DNA of 39,432 nt, from contig NC_057718.1 of NCBI RefSeq assembly GCF_004010195.1, forward strand, positions 46,155,897 through 46,195,328, read 5' to 3'. A program made the translations under genes and the position numbers. Source of the DNA: Chiloscyllium plagiosum. Its lineage: Eukaryota. Shown here in pieces: positions 1 to 11,694 of the stretch (its first letter is position 1; each line of letters opens with the position of its first letter). The notes under the pieces were generated by a model. That model had not been told where the DNA came from and did no database searches. It saw only the letters and a program-made list of their open reading frames with translations.

Positions 1-185
1 ACAAATATCTCAGCAAGAGGCTCAGCAATCACTCCCTAGCTTCCCACAGAGTTCTGGGGTACACCTGATCAGGTCCTGATTTATCCACTTTTATACATTT
101 CAAGACATCCAGTACTTCCTCCTCTGTAATATGGACATTTTTCAAGATGTCACCATCTATTTCCCTACATTCTACACTATCCATT

Positions 186-487
186 GGGATGGCACGGTGG
201 CTCAGTGGTTAGCACTACTGCCTCACAGCACCAGGGTCCCAGGTTTGATTCCAGCCTCAGGAGACTGTCTGTGTGGAGTTTGCACATTCTCCCTGTGTCT
301 GTGTGGGTTTCTTCCCACAGTCCAAAGATGTGCAGGTCAGGTGAATTGGTCATGTTAAATTGCCCATAGTGTTAGATGCATTAGTCAGAGGGAAATGGGT
401 CTGTGTGGGTTACTCTGCAGAGGGTTGGTGTGGATTTGTTGGGCCGAAGGGTCTGTTTCCACACAGTATGGAATGTAATCTGCAATC
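186..487 (+). mobile_element. HE1-type tRNA-derived V-SINE (older copy)
   Basis: A box TGGCTCAGTGG, B box GGTTTGATTCC, V-domain TGTGTGGAGTTTGCACATTCTCCC and CR1-like tail GGGCCGAAGGGTCTGTTTCC. Confidence 0.92.
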
Positions 488-934
488 CTCACTTTCTCCT
501 CGATGATCTTTGAGGGGCCCTATTCTCTTCCTAGTTACCCTTTTGTCTTTAATGTATTTGTAAAAACCCTTTGGACTCTCCTTAACTCTATTTGCCAAAG
601 CTACCTCATGTCTCCTTTTTGCCCTCCTGATTTCTCTTAAGTCTACTCCTACTGCCTTTATACACTTCTAAGGATTCACTCGATCTATTCTGTCTATACC
701 TGACATATACTTCCTTCTTTTTCTTAAACAAACCCTCAATTTCTTTAGTCATCCAGCATTCCCTATACCTACCAGCCTTTCCTTTCACCCTGGCAGGAAT
801 ATACTTTCTCCGGACTCTCGTTACCTCATTTCTGAAGGCTTCCCATTTTCCAGCCGTCCCTTTACCTGCGAACATCTGCCCCAATCAGCTTTCGAAAGCT
901 CTTGCCTAATACCGTCAAAATTAGCCTTTCTCCA

Positions 935-1256
935 ATTAGATTAGATTAGATTACTTACTTACAGTGTGGAAACAGGCCCTTCGGCCCAACAAGTCCACAC
1001 CGCACCACCGAAGCGCAACCCACCCATACCCCTACATGTACCCCTTACCTAACACTACGGGAAATTTAGCATGGCCAATTCACCTGACCTGCACATCTTT
1101 GGACTGTGGGAGGAAACCGGAGCACCCGGAGGAAACCCACGCAGACACGGGGAGAACGTGCAAACTCCACACAGTCAGTCGCCTGAGGCGGGAATTGAAC
1201 CCGGGTCTCTGGCGCTGTGAGGCAGCAGTGCTAACCACTGTGCCACCGTGCCGCCC
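935..1256 (-). mobile_element. HE1-type V-SINE (young, full length)
   Basis: Reverse complement starts GGGCGGCACGGTGGCACAGTGGTTAGC and ends in (TAATC)n. Nearly identical to the copy at 22355-22676. Confidence 0.95.
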
Positions 1257-2109
1257 CACATTTAGAGCTTCAACTTTTAGATCTGGTCTATCCTTTTCCA
1301 TCACCATTTTAAAACTAATAGAATTATGGTCGCTGGCCCCAAAGTGCTCCGCCACTGACACCTCAGTCACCTGCGTTGCCTTATTTCCGAAGAGTAGGTC
1401 AAGTTTTGCACCTTCTCTAGTCGGTACATCCACATACTGAATCAGAAAATTGTCTTGTACACACTTAACAAATTCCTCTCCATCTAAACCCTTAACACTA
1501 TGGCAGTCCTGGTCTATGTTTGGAAAGTTAAAATCCCCGACCATAACCACCCATTTATTCTTACAGATAACTGAGATCTCCTTACAAATTTGTTTCTCAA
1601 TTTCCCTCTGATGATTAGGGGGTCTATAATACAATCCCAATAAGGTGATCATCCCTTTCTTATTTCTCTGTTCCACCCAAATAACTTCCCTGGATGTATT
1701 TCTCCCTCAGTACAGGAAGATGAATATCCTCCCTCAGTGCAGCTGTAATGCTATCCCTTATCAAAAACATCACTCCCCCTCCTCTCTTGCCTCCCTTTCT
1801 GCGCTTCCTGTAACCTTTGTATCCGGGAACATTAAACTGCCAGTCCTGCCCATCCCTGAGCCATGTTTCTGTAATTGATATCCCAGTCCCATGTTCCTAA
1901 CCACGCCCTAAATTCATCTGCATTCCCTGTTAGGTCTCTTGCATTGAAGTAAACGCAGTTTAATTTATCAGGCCTACTTTGTTCTCTGCTTTGTCCCTGC
2001 CTGTCCTGACTGTTTGACTCGTCTTTGTTCTCAACTGTACCAGTCTCAGATTGATCTCTTTCCTCACTATCTCCCTGGGTCCAACCCCCTCCCCCCCCCA
2101 CACTTAAAT

Positions 2110-2391
2110 TAATTTAGTCCCATTTTCGAGCATTTGGTCCATATCCCTCTAGACCCTTCCAATTCATATATTCACCCAGATGCTTTTTAAATATTCTAAT
2201 TGTACCAACCTCCATCTCCTCAACTGACAGCTCATTCCATACACACACCACCCTCCGCGTGAAAAAGCTAACCCTCTGGTCCCTTTAAAATCTTTCCCCT
2301 CTCATCAATGCCCTTGAGATTTGGACTCCCCTACCCTGGAGAAAAGACTTTGGCTATTCACCCTATCCATACCCCTGATGATTTTATTAGC
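2110..2391 (-). mobile_element. CR1/HER1 LINE 3' fragment
   Basis: Collinear with 11780-12060 and with the reverse complement of 21730-22000. Confidence 0.85.
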
Positions 2392-2394
2392 TCT

Positions 2395-4860
2395 GCAACC
2401 TAAGAACAGCTAAAGAATTCACACTTCTGTAGGTTTACACTATATCAAGATCTGAAATAATTGTTAAACTATTGAAATTATATTTGGACTGTTTGACATA
2501 TTTGTCATTCGCACAATCCCTATCTCTGTATAACTAATTTTTAGTTCTGTGTGGGCCTGCTGGGATGTAACACCTGAAAGTGTTAAAGAAGCTCCAAATT
2601 TTTGCTGAATGGTAATCTGTTTGTAAAGTAAAAAAGCTATCCTTGGCAAAAAAAAATGTGATTTTATTATCTTTGGAATAGGGTCTTTTTAAGAGATCAA
2701 CATGCAAGTGAACCAAGTACTTGAATGTTGTCACATGATCACATACCATAGGCTCTCTGCACTGTAGCACTTGAGGCATAGACTGTGACTGATGATTGTG
2801 ACTGTATACTTTACGTATTGTATAAATTGTATAAACTTATCATGGATCATCCAGTAATTAGGATTTGACAGAACAGATGTGGAAGATTGTTTTCTCTTGT
2901 GAACAAGTCTCAGAGCAGAGGACATAATCTCAGAATAAGGGGTCACATATTTAAGACAGAGATGAGGAGAATTTTTTTTTTCTCTCAGAGAGTTGCCAAT
3001 TGTAGAAATCTTTATTACAGCGGGCTGTTGAGGCTGGGTCATCACGCATAAAAATGCTTGAGGGAGACAGATTTTTAATCAGTTTGGAAATCAAGGGTTA
3101 CGGGAATGCCATGAAAGTGGAGTTGAGGATTAACAGATCTGCTGTGATCTCACTGGATGGTCAAGTAGACTCAATGGGCTGAAAAGCTTGCTTCTGCTCC
3201 AGTGTCTTATGGGCTTATGTAATCCATGTATCTCACTTATATTTGTTTTAGATAGCGCAATAATAATAGTACACCATGGAGGCTCAGAGTGCTGCCATCA
3301 TGGTTGCAAATGCTAATGCTCTGAAGGATTTCGCAGAGTTTCACAGCAGTCCAGCAATACATGCTCAAGCAGATTGCTGGAATTAGAGAGGCATGATCTT
3401 GGGAGTAGCAATGTCTTAGTGGAGCATGAACCTGTGCCCTCATTTAGGATACATTTGTCCTCCCACCATGCTGACTCCATCAGTGCTGCCTTTCTACTCA
3501 GTGACAATAGCTTCACTGTTCTGAGTGTGAACATCAAAGTATATTACAGAGTATGACAACAGGAAGCCAACCATTGCAAACACAAAGCGCATGCACATGT
3601 ACAATTTGCAACATAATTCAGTTTAATACGTGTTTGGGCCAGGACTTTTTCTATCATTTCCTTTGATCAATATTATTAATCAAATTAAAAGCTTGACCAG
3701 AGGAAATACACTTGTCTTGTTGCTACACATCCATGACGAGAACAATTTGTCCCCAATATTATCAAAAATGCTACCTTTGACAAGAAGAAATTGCTTTTTC
3801 TTATGGAGTTCTTTTTTTTCAATCTCTCTTTGTCCTGCTCTCTGTTCCAGAAAGCGATTGCAGGTTTCAGGATGGCCTTCACTGCTGCCTCAACTGCGAA
3901 TCTTCTACTACACAAATCCTGTACCTTGTGACAGTTTTATTACCTACATATTCCAGTTGGACTGCACAGTATTATAACTGATTGATAGGGGTAATTCTGC
4001 ACTGTAGACACATATTTACTCAGGGCTAGATAAAATGACTGCCATCAACTTAGTTACTTGCTCCCTTGTGATATTTTTTACACTGTTTAGTGAAAGGAGC
4101 ATAATATCTGTTTCTTTGCCAGTTCAAACTCTAGTCTGCACGTGCAAAAGGCCATGTTTTTGACCTTTACTGTAGCTATTTAGTCCCTTCTGAGCTGGAG
4201 TTTTAATTGATCTCATTTTATTTCACTTACAATTCTGTACAGCACAGGAATCAGGAAACAGCTGCTATGTGACTAACAAGATGTGTGATGCACCACTGCT
4301 GTCCTGTCATCACTGAAATTCATGCATTGACAAAGCATCTGTTTCCCATTTTGATTTATACAAGGTATTGTAGCAGGATTGTGTTCTTACATTAGTTCGC
4401 TATTTTACTGCATTCTGTAAAAACCCAGATTAGTCCTAAGTGCCAGCATCTTGTTCCTTGTTGCCCACAACCCTCATTCAATTGTTTTTGCTCATTTGCT
4501 TTCGACGCATTCTGTATCTGGAAATTTCTAAATTGTATGTGGGCACTGGGCAAATAAGGAATTCTAAATTTTTCATAATTTCTGTCATCTGTAAGGCCTT
4601 ACCTGCATCTGGTATGGGTGGGAGAACTGGCCACAGAACAGGTGCTTCTTTACTGATTTCAGGGACCTCAGCCTTTGAAGAATGAGGTAAATGTAAAATC
4701 TAGAAAGACTGATCATGTCCATTTCTTTACGATGTAAAGGTATCCATTTTTAAAGTTATTAAGGTTTCTTGTCAAATTTTCTCACTAGTAGATCTCTCAA
4801 TTCCAGTTATGATTCAATCCTCAAACCTAATTTGTCCCTCCCACCTTTTGAACATTGCAA
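2395..4860 (-). mobile_element. Highly decayed Gypsy (Ty3) LTR-retrotransposon pol fossil (RT N-terminus, RNase H, integrase); split by a CR1 fragment
   Basis: Manual translation in pol order: APVLWPVLPPIPDAGKALQMTEIMKNLEFLICPV (about 4650-4540, RT N-terminus-like), EGHPETCNRFLEQRAGQREIEKKEL (about 3880-3805, like EGHPIAYASR..QIEKEL), HASL..SMYCWTAV..ISICN (about 3395-3300, integrase Zn finger-like), HVDLLKRPYSKDN (about 2700, like HVTSSPRYPQSNG). Many stops and frameshifts. Confidence 0.6.
2858..3222 (+). mobile_element. CR1 LINE 3' end (CTTATG-tailed family)
   Basis: Encodes RGHNLRIRG..FKTEMRR.FF, typical of the CR1 ORF2 C-terminus. Tail CTTCTGCTCC..TCTTATGGGCTTATG. Confidence 0.85.
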
Positions 4861-5479
4861 AGGCTGGCAACACTATACTTCAGTTAAAGTATATATAATA
4901 AAAAAAGCTTCAACAAAATTGCAAGCATGTTTGTAAAGAGTAGGTTTATCACTTGGTTACACTTCGTGCATACAAGAAATCTTACCCTATTACTTCAACA
5001 CTAGCAGCCAGTGTTGATAGTGCTTAAAAGATGCTGCCATCAAACTAGACATGGCAATAATATTTCAAGCTCATCAATGTACAATCTATTCTTTAACTAA
5101 TTTCCTCTTTGCAAGCTTTTACAAGAAATGAATATCATTTCTTTTTAGCTCAACATTATCTCATACTTTCAAAGCACACCTACTACATGCAGATCCAACA
5201 CACGTACTTCCCTCTAATACATGGCAAAGGAACCTACTTTGTGAGTGAGCTAACTAAAATCTCACCCACATACTTACAGCAGAAATCAAATATCTTGTCA
5301 TTTAATTAATATTTGTCTTCAGTTCATTTCTGATTTTATGAGATAAAGTAGCAAGGGATCAAACTTGTTTACATAATTTCACACTATTAAAGTTTTCATT
5401 TAATCACTTGTTACAGTATAAATTATAGAATCATTATTTAGCTAATTTTATGGAAATAAACACTTCCAATTATACATTA

Positions 5480-5685
5480 CCTTGTAATATCTCAAAAGAT
5501 ATCAACATCACTTTGCACAATGAAGTACCTTCGAAGTGCAGTGATTGTTCTCTGGGGAAATATGCCCAGTCCTACCCAAAGGACATCCATAAGCAACAAT
5601 AAGTTAATTGATCAATTAAGATTTTATCCAGTTAAAGTGGCTGACAAAGGAATGTTAACCAGTATGTCCTATTCATTTTAATCTA
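5480..5685 (-). mobile_element. Degenerate DeuSINE-like (AmnSINE1/SacSINE1-related) 3' remnant
   Basis: CAATGAAGTACCTTCGAAGTGCAGTGATTGTT..CATAAGCAACAAT..GAATGTTAACCAG resembles, from memory, the reverse complement of the Deu-domain/tail consensus. Heavily diverged. Confidence 0.45.
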
Positions 5686-5691
5686 CATTTG

Positions 5692-5930
5692 TGTCACAGA
5701 ATCAAAGAGACATACTAGTACAGAGGAAGGCCATTTAGGCCGTGGGATCTGTACTGGTTCACTGTACAGCAACCCTATCAATTCTATTCCCCTTCTGTAT
5801 TCCCAAAGCTCTATTTGTTTATTTCACTCAAGTGCCAATCCAAGATTGTCTTGAAATCATTGATCATCTCTGCTTCCACTATCTTCCTAAACTGTTGAAT
5901 GAAACTCTCCCAGACATTTATTCCAAACTA
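5692..5930 (-). mobile_element. Old CR1 3' tail remnant
   Basis: TCACAGAATC..AGTACAGAGGAAGGCCATTTAGGCC matches the tail pattern of the other minus-strand CR1 ends. Confidence 0.55.
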
Positions 5931-7147
5931 AATCTGAAGCCAATTTAGTACTGAATATCCCTGCAGAATCGATTTGATTTGATATCCATTATACTGACCT
6001 ATTAATGATGAATGTAGGCTCTACTTTGGTATGATGCCATGTTACTGTCAGAATCCTACACAGCTTGTGCTCCCTTTTAGCACGTTGTCTCAGCACTAAA
6101 TGCACTAAGTTTGAGTAATGCTGCTTACCTGATGAGATGCGTGGCACTTACAGCAGTGCTATCATTTTAATCCACCTCAAAGCAAGGGCAGACAATGACT
6201 GCAGTCATTTAGTAAATATCGGCAAAGGCGAGTTTAATTGGAAGGAACTGATTAACGGAAAGTTTTCAGTTTGTCACATTTACTCTGCAAACGGGAAGAA
6301 GAAAATTGTACTGAAGATTTAAATTTGACTTTGGAGTCAAAGGGGGAGGTTTCGACTTCCAGGCCAACTATGCACTGCTAACATAAACTCCCAGTTGTCC
6401 CTTTGATTTGGCACCAATGGGAATGGCCACCAGCACAAAATTGCAGTAAAAATGTCAACCACCGGAGGGATTCAAGCAAGAACTAAGTGAGATCAACACT
6501 TTATATTTGTAGCCTGGAGCAAGTTGTTGTGACTGCATTTATTCCTAACTTGACTCTTATTATATAAAGCTGAGTGATGTGCTCCAATTTACGTTGCCAA
6601 ATGTTAGCAGATTCACAGGTTAACCTTTGCCCTTACAAATTTCCTCGCTGATGTTAAGAAAGTATCATGATACATAGATGTACTGAAATGTTTAAAGTTT
6701 ATAATGTACTGATTTGATGAGTATATTCTATTCCTACTTCAGAACACTAATTCAGTACTTAGATAGCATGGACTGAATTGTGTGCTGGGCCTGGCAACTG
6801 CTGTCTTCCTAGTTCCAGAAGTATTTCTCTGTTATAGTTCCACAGGGTATTATCTTCTTGAATGTAGATGAATGGAAGGATCAACCTGACTTCAAACTTT
6901 GTATGATTTATTGTGATATTGCCATGATAACTAGTCAAACAAGTTGTTTTGATATCAGAATGCATCTTAATCCATCCATTCCACCAATTTCTAAATTCCA
7001 AATCTGTTCCTTGAATGACAAAGTGCCAAATATGAACACCATATTTGCTTTGCTTCGATGAAAGATAATAGCAAACAATTTGAATGAAATTCAAGTTTCC
7101 ATTAAAAACAGTTCAAATGATTGTTTCTGTCAGCTTGTCTGTTTCTA

Positions 7148-7464
7148 ATTAGATAAGATTCCTTACAGTGTGGAAACAGGCCATTTGGCCCAACAAGTTC
7201 ACACCAACCCTCTGAAGAGTAACCCACCCAGATGCATTTCCCTCTGACTAATGCACCTAAAGCTATGGACAATTTAGCATGGCCAATTCACCTAACCTGC
7301 ACATCTTTGGACAGTGGGAGGAAACATGAGCACCCAGAGGAAACCCAAGCAGTCATGGGGAGAATGTGCAAACTCCATACAGACAGTTGCCCAAGGCTGA
7401 AATCGAACCTGGGCCCCTGGCGCAGTGAGGCAGTAGTGCTAACCACTGAGCCACTGTGCTGCCC
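7148..7464 (-). mobile_element. HE1-type V-SINE
   Basis: Full-length alignment to the other HE1 copies; A and B boxes on the minus strand. Confidence 0.93.
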
Positions 7465-9159
7465 ACAAAGTAAACACAAAATGTATTCAAATCCTCTTCT
7501 AGGGCACAAACAAGCTTATGTTTTAAAGCGGACTTGATAATAGATGAAAATATGTTAGAATTGCAAGAAACTATTATATTCATATGCTAAATTGTAAAAC
7601 TGCATGCTATCTTGTAATATTAAATGTGCAATGTGCGGTATAGTGTTAGAGTTCAGTCAATGCTCAGTCTCACTTATAAAACTACTCAAATAAGTTCAAC
7701 AGTTCACCAAACCACTAAATGGGAATACTGTACTGGCTTCACTGTCAAATCCCATCCATATAAAATACGATGCCTGCTCTTTTCTCCCTGCTCAATCATC
7801 CCCAAAATAATAAGTGTAGTGTTTCTTACTTTTATAGAAACTATAAAATGTTCCTGTCTGGGAAAATGTACTTTCATATCTTACTTAATTTCCCACTTTT
7901 ATGTAATTCCAGCTTTGGCTGGACTCCGCTGTATAATAAGATGGCTCAACTGCTATTGAAAATCAATGCAAGGGACCACCTCCTCTAATTTATTTTGCAG
8001 GAATGAGTAACCTTAACCCAGGTTTCATAGGTCTCTATGTTTATAAGTCTGCATTTGTCTGTAGCTGATTGCTGAACTGTTACACACATGAGTGGAACCA
8101 TCGGGGGGGGGGGGAGTTGCGGGGGGGTGGACTGAATGTCTGCTACCAGCTAATCTCGTACAAAATAAAAGTATCTTTAAGCTAACCTAAACTAACTCAG
8201 CCATTAGGTAGGTAAAAGGATATTAGATTTGCTTTTGACTTCCTTTTCAAAAGTAAACGTAATAAATGACATTAGGCGTATCTGTGTTAATGAAGTAAAA
8301 CAGCATACATCTAAATTTCATCTCTTTTGTACAGGCTGTTAGCAGTCTGAGGCTTATGTTCCATGATTATGGGCCATTTTAGTTGATTAAAGTGGCAGGC
8401 TACAGGACAAAGGGAGCACAAGGTTACCTTGGATCACTGGAATACACTACAGCTGAAAAAACACTCAAGTTGTTTTTAAATGAAGCAATTTGCTTTTACG
8501 AAGAATTTAGTAGCATAGAAATTGGTGAAGCTCAGTCATTTCCCCACATGGAACAAGATTCTGTTAAATCTAACAGATTAAAGTTACACACTTGGAAGAA
8601 TTTAAGTTAAATGCAATATTCTGACCATAATTCTTTTCATTGTTTTGTTTCAATATCAAATATATTTTTCACTCTAATTATTGAACAGTTACAACCATAT
8701 CTAAATAGTGAACAAAAGTAGACAATGATATAAATAAAATATTAAAATATTAAATATAAATACACAGCAAGGGCAATTACATTAAAATTTGGAAAAAGGG
8801 CTTCATAAATTACTCTGCCATTGATATACGTTGATTATTGAAAGTCAACAGCAACATTTTATTAGCTGTTCATTGAAAACCCTGTTTTAAAGAGTGAAAA
8901 GTTTTAAAATTAATCTAAGTATGTGGTAAAAGATGTCATTTTTCAGGTCAATGTTATTTTGTTACTTTAAAATGTACATCCCTATGAATGAGCATGTGAT
9001 TTTGTTCCATGACTCACATGCCAATAGCACTCTTGGGCCAGGCAGTCGGTGGAGAAAGGAGGAAAACAAGGGTGTGCATGGACAACGGTGTTACTGGAAT
9101 AGGGTGGTGCTGCAATGATTGATAGGATGTGGTTCATTCTCTAGGCAGTTTGATTGTTA

Positions 9160-9480
9160 TTGTTTGTCCATTGGATGTGAGTGTCACTGGCTGGCTTAGC
9201 ATTTATGGGCCATCCCCAGTTGCCAATTCATTGGAGTGACTTACTAGGACCATTTCAGAGGGCAGAGCTGAAAATGTGTTGCTGGAAAAGCGCAGCAGGT
9301 CAGGCAGCATCCAAAGAACAGGAGAATCGACGTTTCGGGCATAAGCCCTTCTTCAGAGGGCTCTCTCTTTTCAGAGGGCAGTTAATACATTGCTGTGGGT
9401 CTAGAGTCACATGAAAGCCAGACCAGGTAAGTTCAACAGATTCATTTCCCAAAGAGTCATCTGTAAACCAGATGGGAGTG
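9160..9480 (-). mobile_element. 3' half of a tRNA-derived SINE (same family as 31205-31545); interrupted by a PLE fragment
   Basis: Shares CATTGCTGTGGGTCT(A/G)GAGTCACATG..GCCAGA.CAGGTAAG with 31301-31345, and shares its tail with the LINE at 17340-19555. Confidence 0.8.
9266..9368 (-). mobile_element. Short Penelope-like terminal-repeat fragment (family 2) with 13-bp TSD and intact hammerhead core
   Basis: TSD TTTCAGAGGGCAG at 9253-9265 and 9369-9381. Minus strand 9356-9329 reads CUGAAGA-A-GGGC-UUAU-GCCC-GAAA-CG-UC. Confidence 0.8.
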
Positions 9481-9482
9481 CC

Positions 9483-9684
9483 CTAAATGATTCTGCAGTA
9501 GTCTAGAAACATTTTAACAACAATCTTATATTTACAGAATAACACTATATAGAGTCATTGATATACACAAGCTCATAGTGTTTCCTCCATGAGATCTCTC
9601 TTCAACTCTTTTTCAGTCATGTAATAGTACAGGATCATTAACTCATGATCCCTAAGGCCCGCGTTATTAAACCATAATTCCACA
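9483..9684 (-). repeat. 3' LTR of an ancient Gypsy element (truncated by a SINE)
   Basis: Starts TGTGG at 9684 on the minus strand, directly after the purine-rich tract GTTGGGGGCGAAA (PPT-like). Aligns end to end with 16365-16915 once the PLE there is removed. Confidence 0.7.
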
Positions 9685-9860
9685 TTTCGCCCCCAACTAT
9701 ATCTTTGTTATCATTGTTTACAATATATGCCCAGCCATCCCTTCCACCAAAATCTCAAACATCACAGTTTTTTTGGCAGTTTTACAGCTCTCTCCAATCT
9801 CATTGAGATTTGCTTCTGATATTCTCTGCTGGAGTGCTCTTTCCTTGAGTGTGTTTAGAG

Positions 9861-10389
9861 GATGTAGACACCATACAGACAACAAGCAAAACTAACATCA
9901 TTTACAAAATACTTTGCAAGAACTGTAACAAATACTACATTGGACAAACAGGCAGAAAACTAGACGCAGGATACATGAACATCAACTAGCCACAAAAAGA
10001 TATGACCACTCTCACTCGTCCTCCTACATATAGATGAGGAAGGACACCACTTTGACTGGGACAACACATCCATCCTGGGTTCAAGCCAAACAGAGACATG
10101 CATGAGAATTCCTAGAAGCATGGCATTCCAACCGGAACTCTATCAACAAGCATATTGATTTGGATCGCATCTACCATCCTCTGAGAAAAATAACATCACC
10201 ACAGGAAATTACATCACCAACCCAAGGAAACCTAAACACATGAATAGAATGTGGGTCACTAACACCAGTATTTCACTGATGATGTTACCTGGTATGGTGA
10301 CGAAATGTCTGAAAACGAACCTTCCAGCTCAGTGAGCAAACTTATATCCAGAACCTCAACCTGAGCTACAAATCTTCTCAAAACTCGCC
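9861..10389 (+). mobile_element. 5'-truncated Penelope-like element (family 1): GIY-YIG endonuclease plus terminal repeat
   Basis: Translates TNIIYKILCKNCNKYYIGQTGRKL..IHEH..GHHFDWDNTSILG..EFLEAWHS. TSD AGT(G/A)TGTTTAGAG at 9848-9860 and 10390-10402. Confidence 0.9.
10272..10313 (+). ncRNA. Minimal type-I hammerhead ribozyme motif in the PLE terminal repeat
   Basis: UUCA-CUGAUGA-U-GUUACC-UGGUAU-GGUGAC-GAAA-UG-UC-UGAA. Stems I and II pair; the stem III palindrome appears to have decayed from CG to UG. Confidence 0.75.
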
Positions 10390-11694
10390 AGTATGTTTAG
10401 AGCTTTCATTAGTTTCTTTGTCTTCTTCAAGATAAAAGAAGTTCAAATATTTTTGTGCTGGTTTATTGTTCAAATACATTAAGCATTTTTGATTTCTGCT
10501 TATAATATCTTGTGACATTTCCACGAAACATGATTTTGGCATTTCTATTTTCTCAACAATGGTTCCTTCTTGCTCTAGTACTGAATCTATATTCCTTCTC
10601 CTGGATGAAGAACTGACAACTCTTTTGCTCAATGATGAAGATTGAAGTTCGTGGTTTGTTATTACTTTGGACATCTTCCCATTGTCTCATCATGTCATGC
10701 TCTTCCATAGTAAAATGAGATATATTTGGGCAGGAATGAAAGCTGCATTCACAGTTTCTTCCCATGAGTAATTTTGCTGTCAATAATCCATTCTGCTACG
10801 GTGGTGATCTGTAACTCAAGATCGCCCAATCAATGTCAAAACAATTCTGTTATGGTCCTCTGTCCTTGTTCTGCTCACTGTTCACTTGCAGGTAATGAAG
10901 TGAAGGCATTACATAAATCACTTCATATTCCTTAGCAAATTATGTCTATGTCTCATTGGTAAACTGCAGACTATTACCAGATTCTACTGTCAGGAATATC
11001 ATGAACCAAGTAGATACGTTTCAGTGCTTTTATCTCTGTCTACACGAACACTGCATAAACAATTAATTTCAATCTATCTTGAGTAAATGCCATTGAAGAA
11101 AAATAAACCTCCCCTTTAAAATCAAAAAGTCTACTCAGTTTTTCCCCAAGTTCTTGATGGAACAGTTAGTAACATTATAGCTTATTGACTATTGATGATA
11201 TAAGTTCTACAATCCCCCACCAAACTGATTGTTGGGCTCTTGCTCTTCATTTTGATATTTGTAAGTGACCTTGATATGATCTCTGGAGATGTCTCTTTGA
11301 GTTTTGAGGTCTCACCAATCTCTCATGAAAAACTATTAAATTACCTCCCATTATGAGATGTTTTTGAAATTCAGTTCCTAATATAGGGTTACAAGAAGTG
11401 TATACTGACAATCCTCTCTGAAATATCTTCTGATCTGTAGGAGTTCTTTATTTCTAGGTTGAGCCTATCTGATTTGCTGGAATTTCTTCTTTGCTAATTA
11501 TTGTAAAAGGGCATAGTTCTAAAAATACTAATGTTTGAACCGAGCTGAGGTCTACCCAGTCTGATGATGTTGTATGGTCTCTGGGTGCGGAATTAGCTCC
11601 TTGAACTCTGGCACAGTCTCCCGAAGGAGAAACGCAAATCTTCTCCATCTCTTGTTTATCAGAGTTAAAACATCTAAGTCAATTTAACCTGTGA

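Larger units (their letters stand above)
1..2100 (-). mobile_element. CR1-clade (HER1-like) LINE fragment: ORF1/ORF2 junction, apurinic endonuclease and linker; interrupted by two SINEs
   Basis: Minus-strand ORFs give APE motifs (LNCVYFNAR..WDWD, GLYYRPP, VMVGDFNFPNID, LDLLFGN, SDHNSISF) and the linker KESPKGFYKYIK. Frameshifted and truncated by the window edge. Confidence 0.93.

Noticed and set aside
186..260. tRNA gene (also the heads of the other SINE copies)
   Set aside because: The A and B boxes run directly into the V-domain and LINE tail, so these are SINE heads and not tRNA genes.
964..1440. 158-aa plus-strand ORF and similar recurring ORFs (WPIHLTCTSLDCGRKPEHPEETH)
   Set aside because: Translation of HE1 SINE sequence; it recurs in every copy and is not a host gene.
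8103..8130. G-quadruplex-forming poly-G tract
   Set aside because: An isolated homopolymer with no promoter or CpG-island context; homopolymer length is also error-prone.
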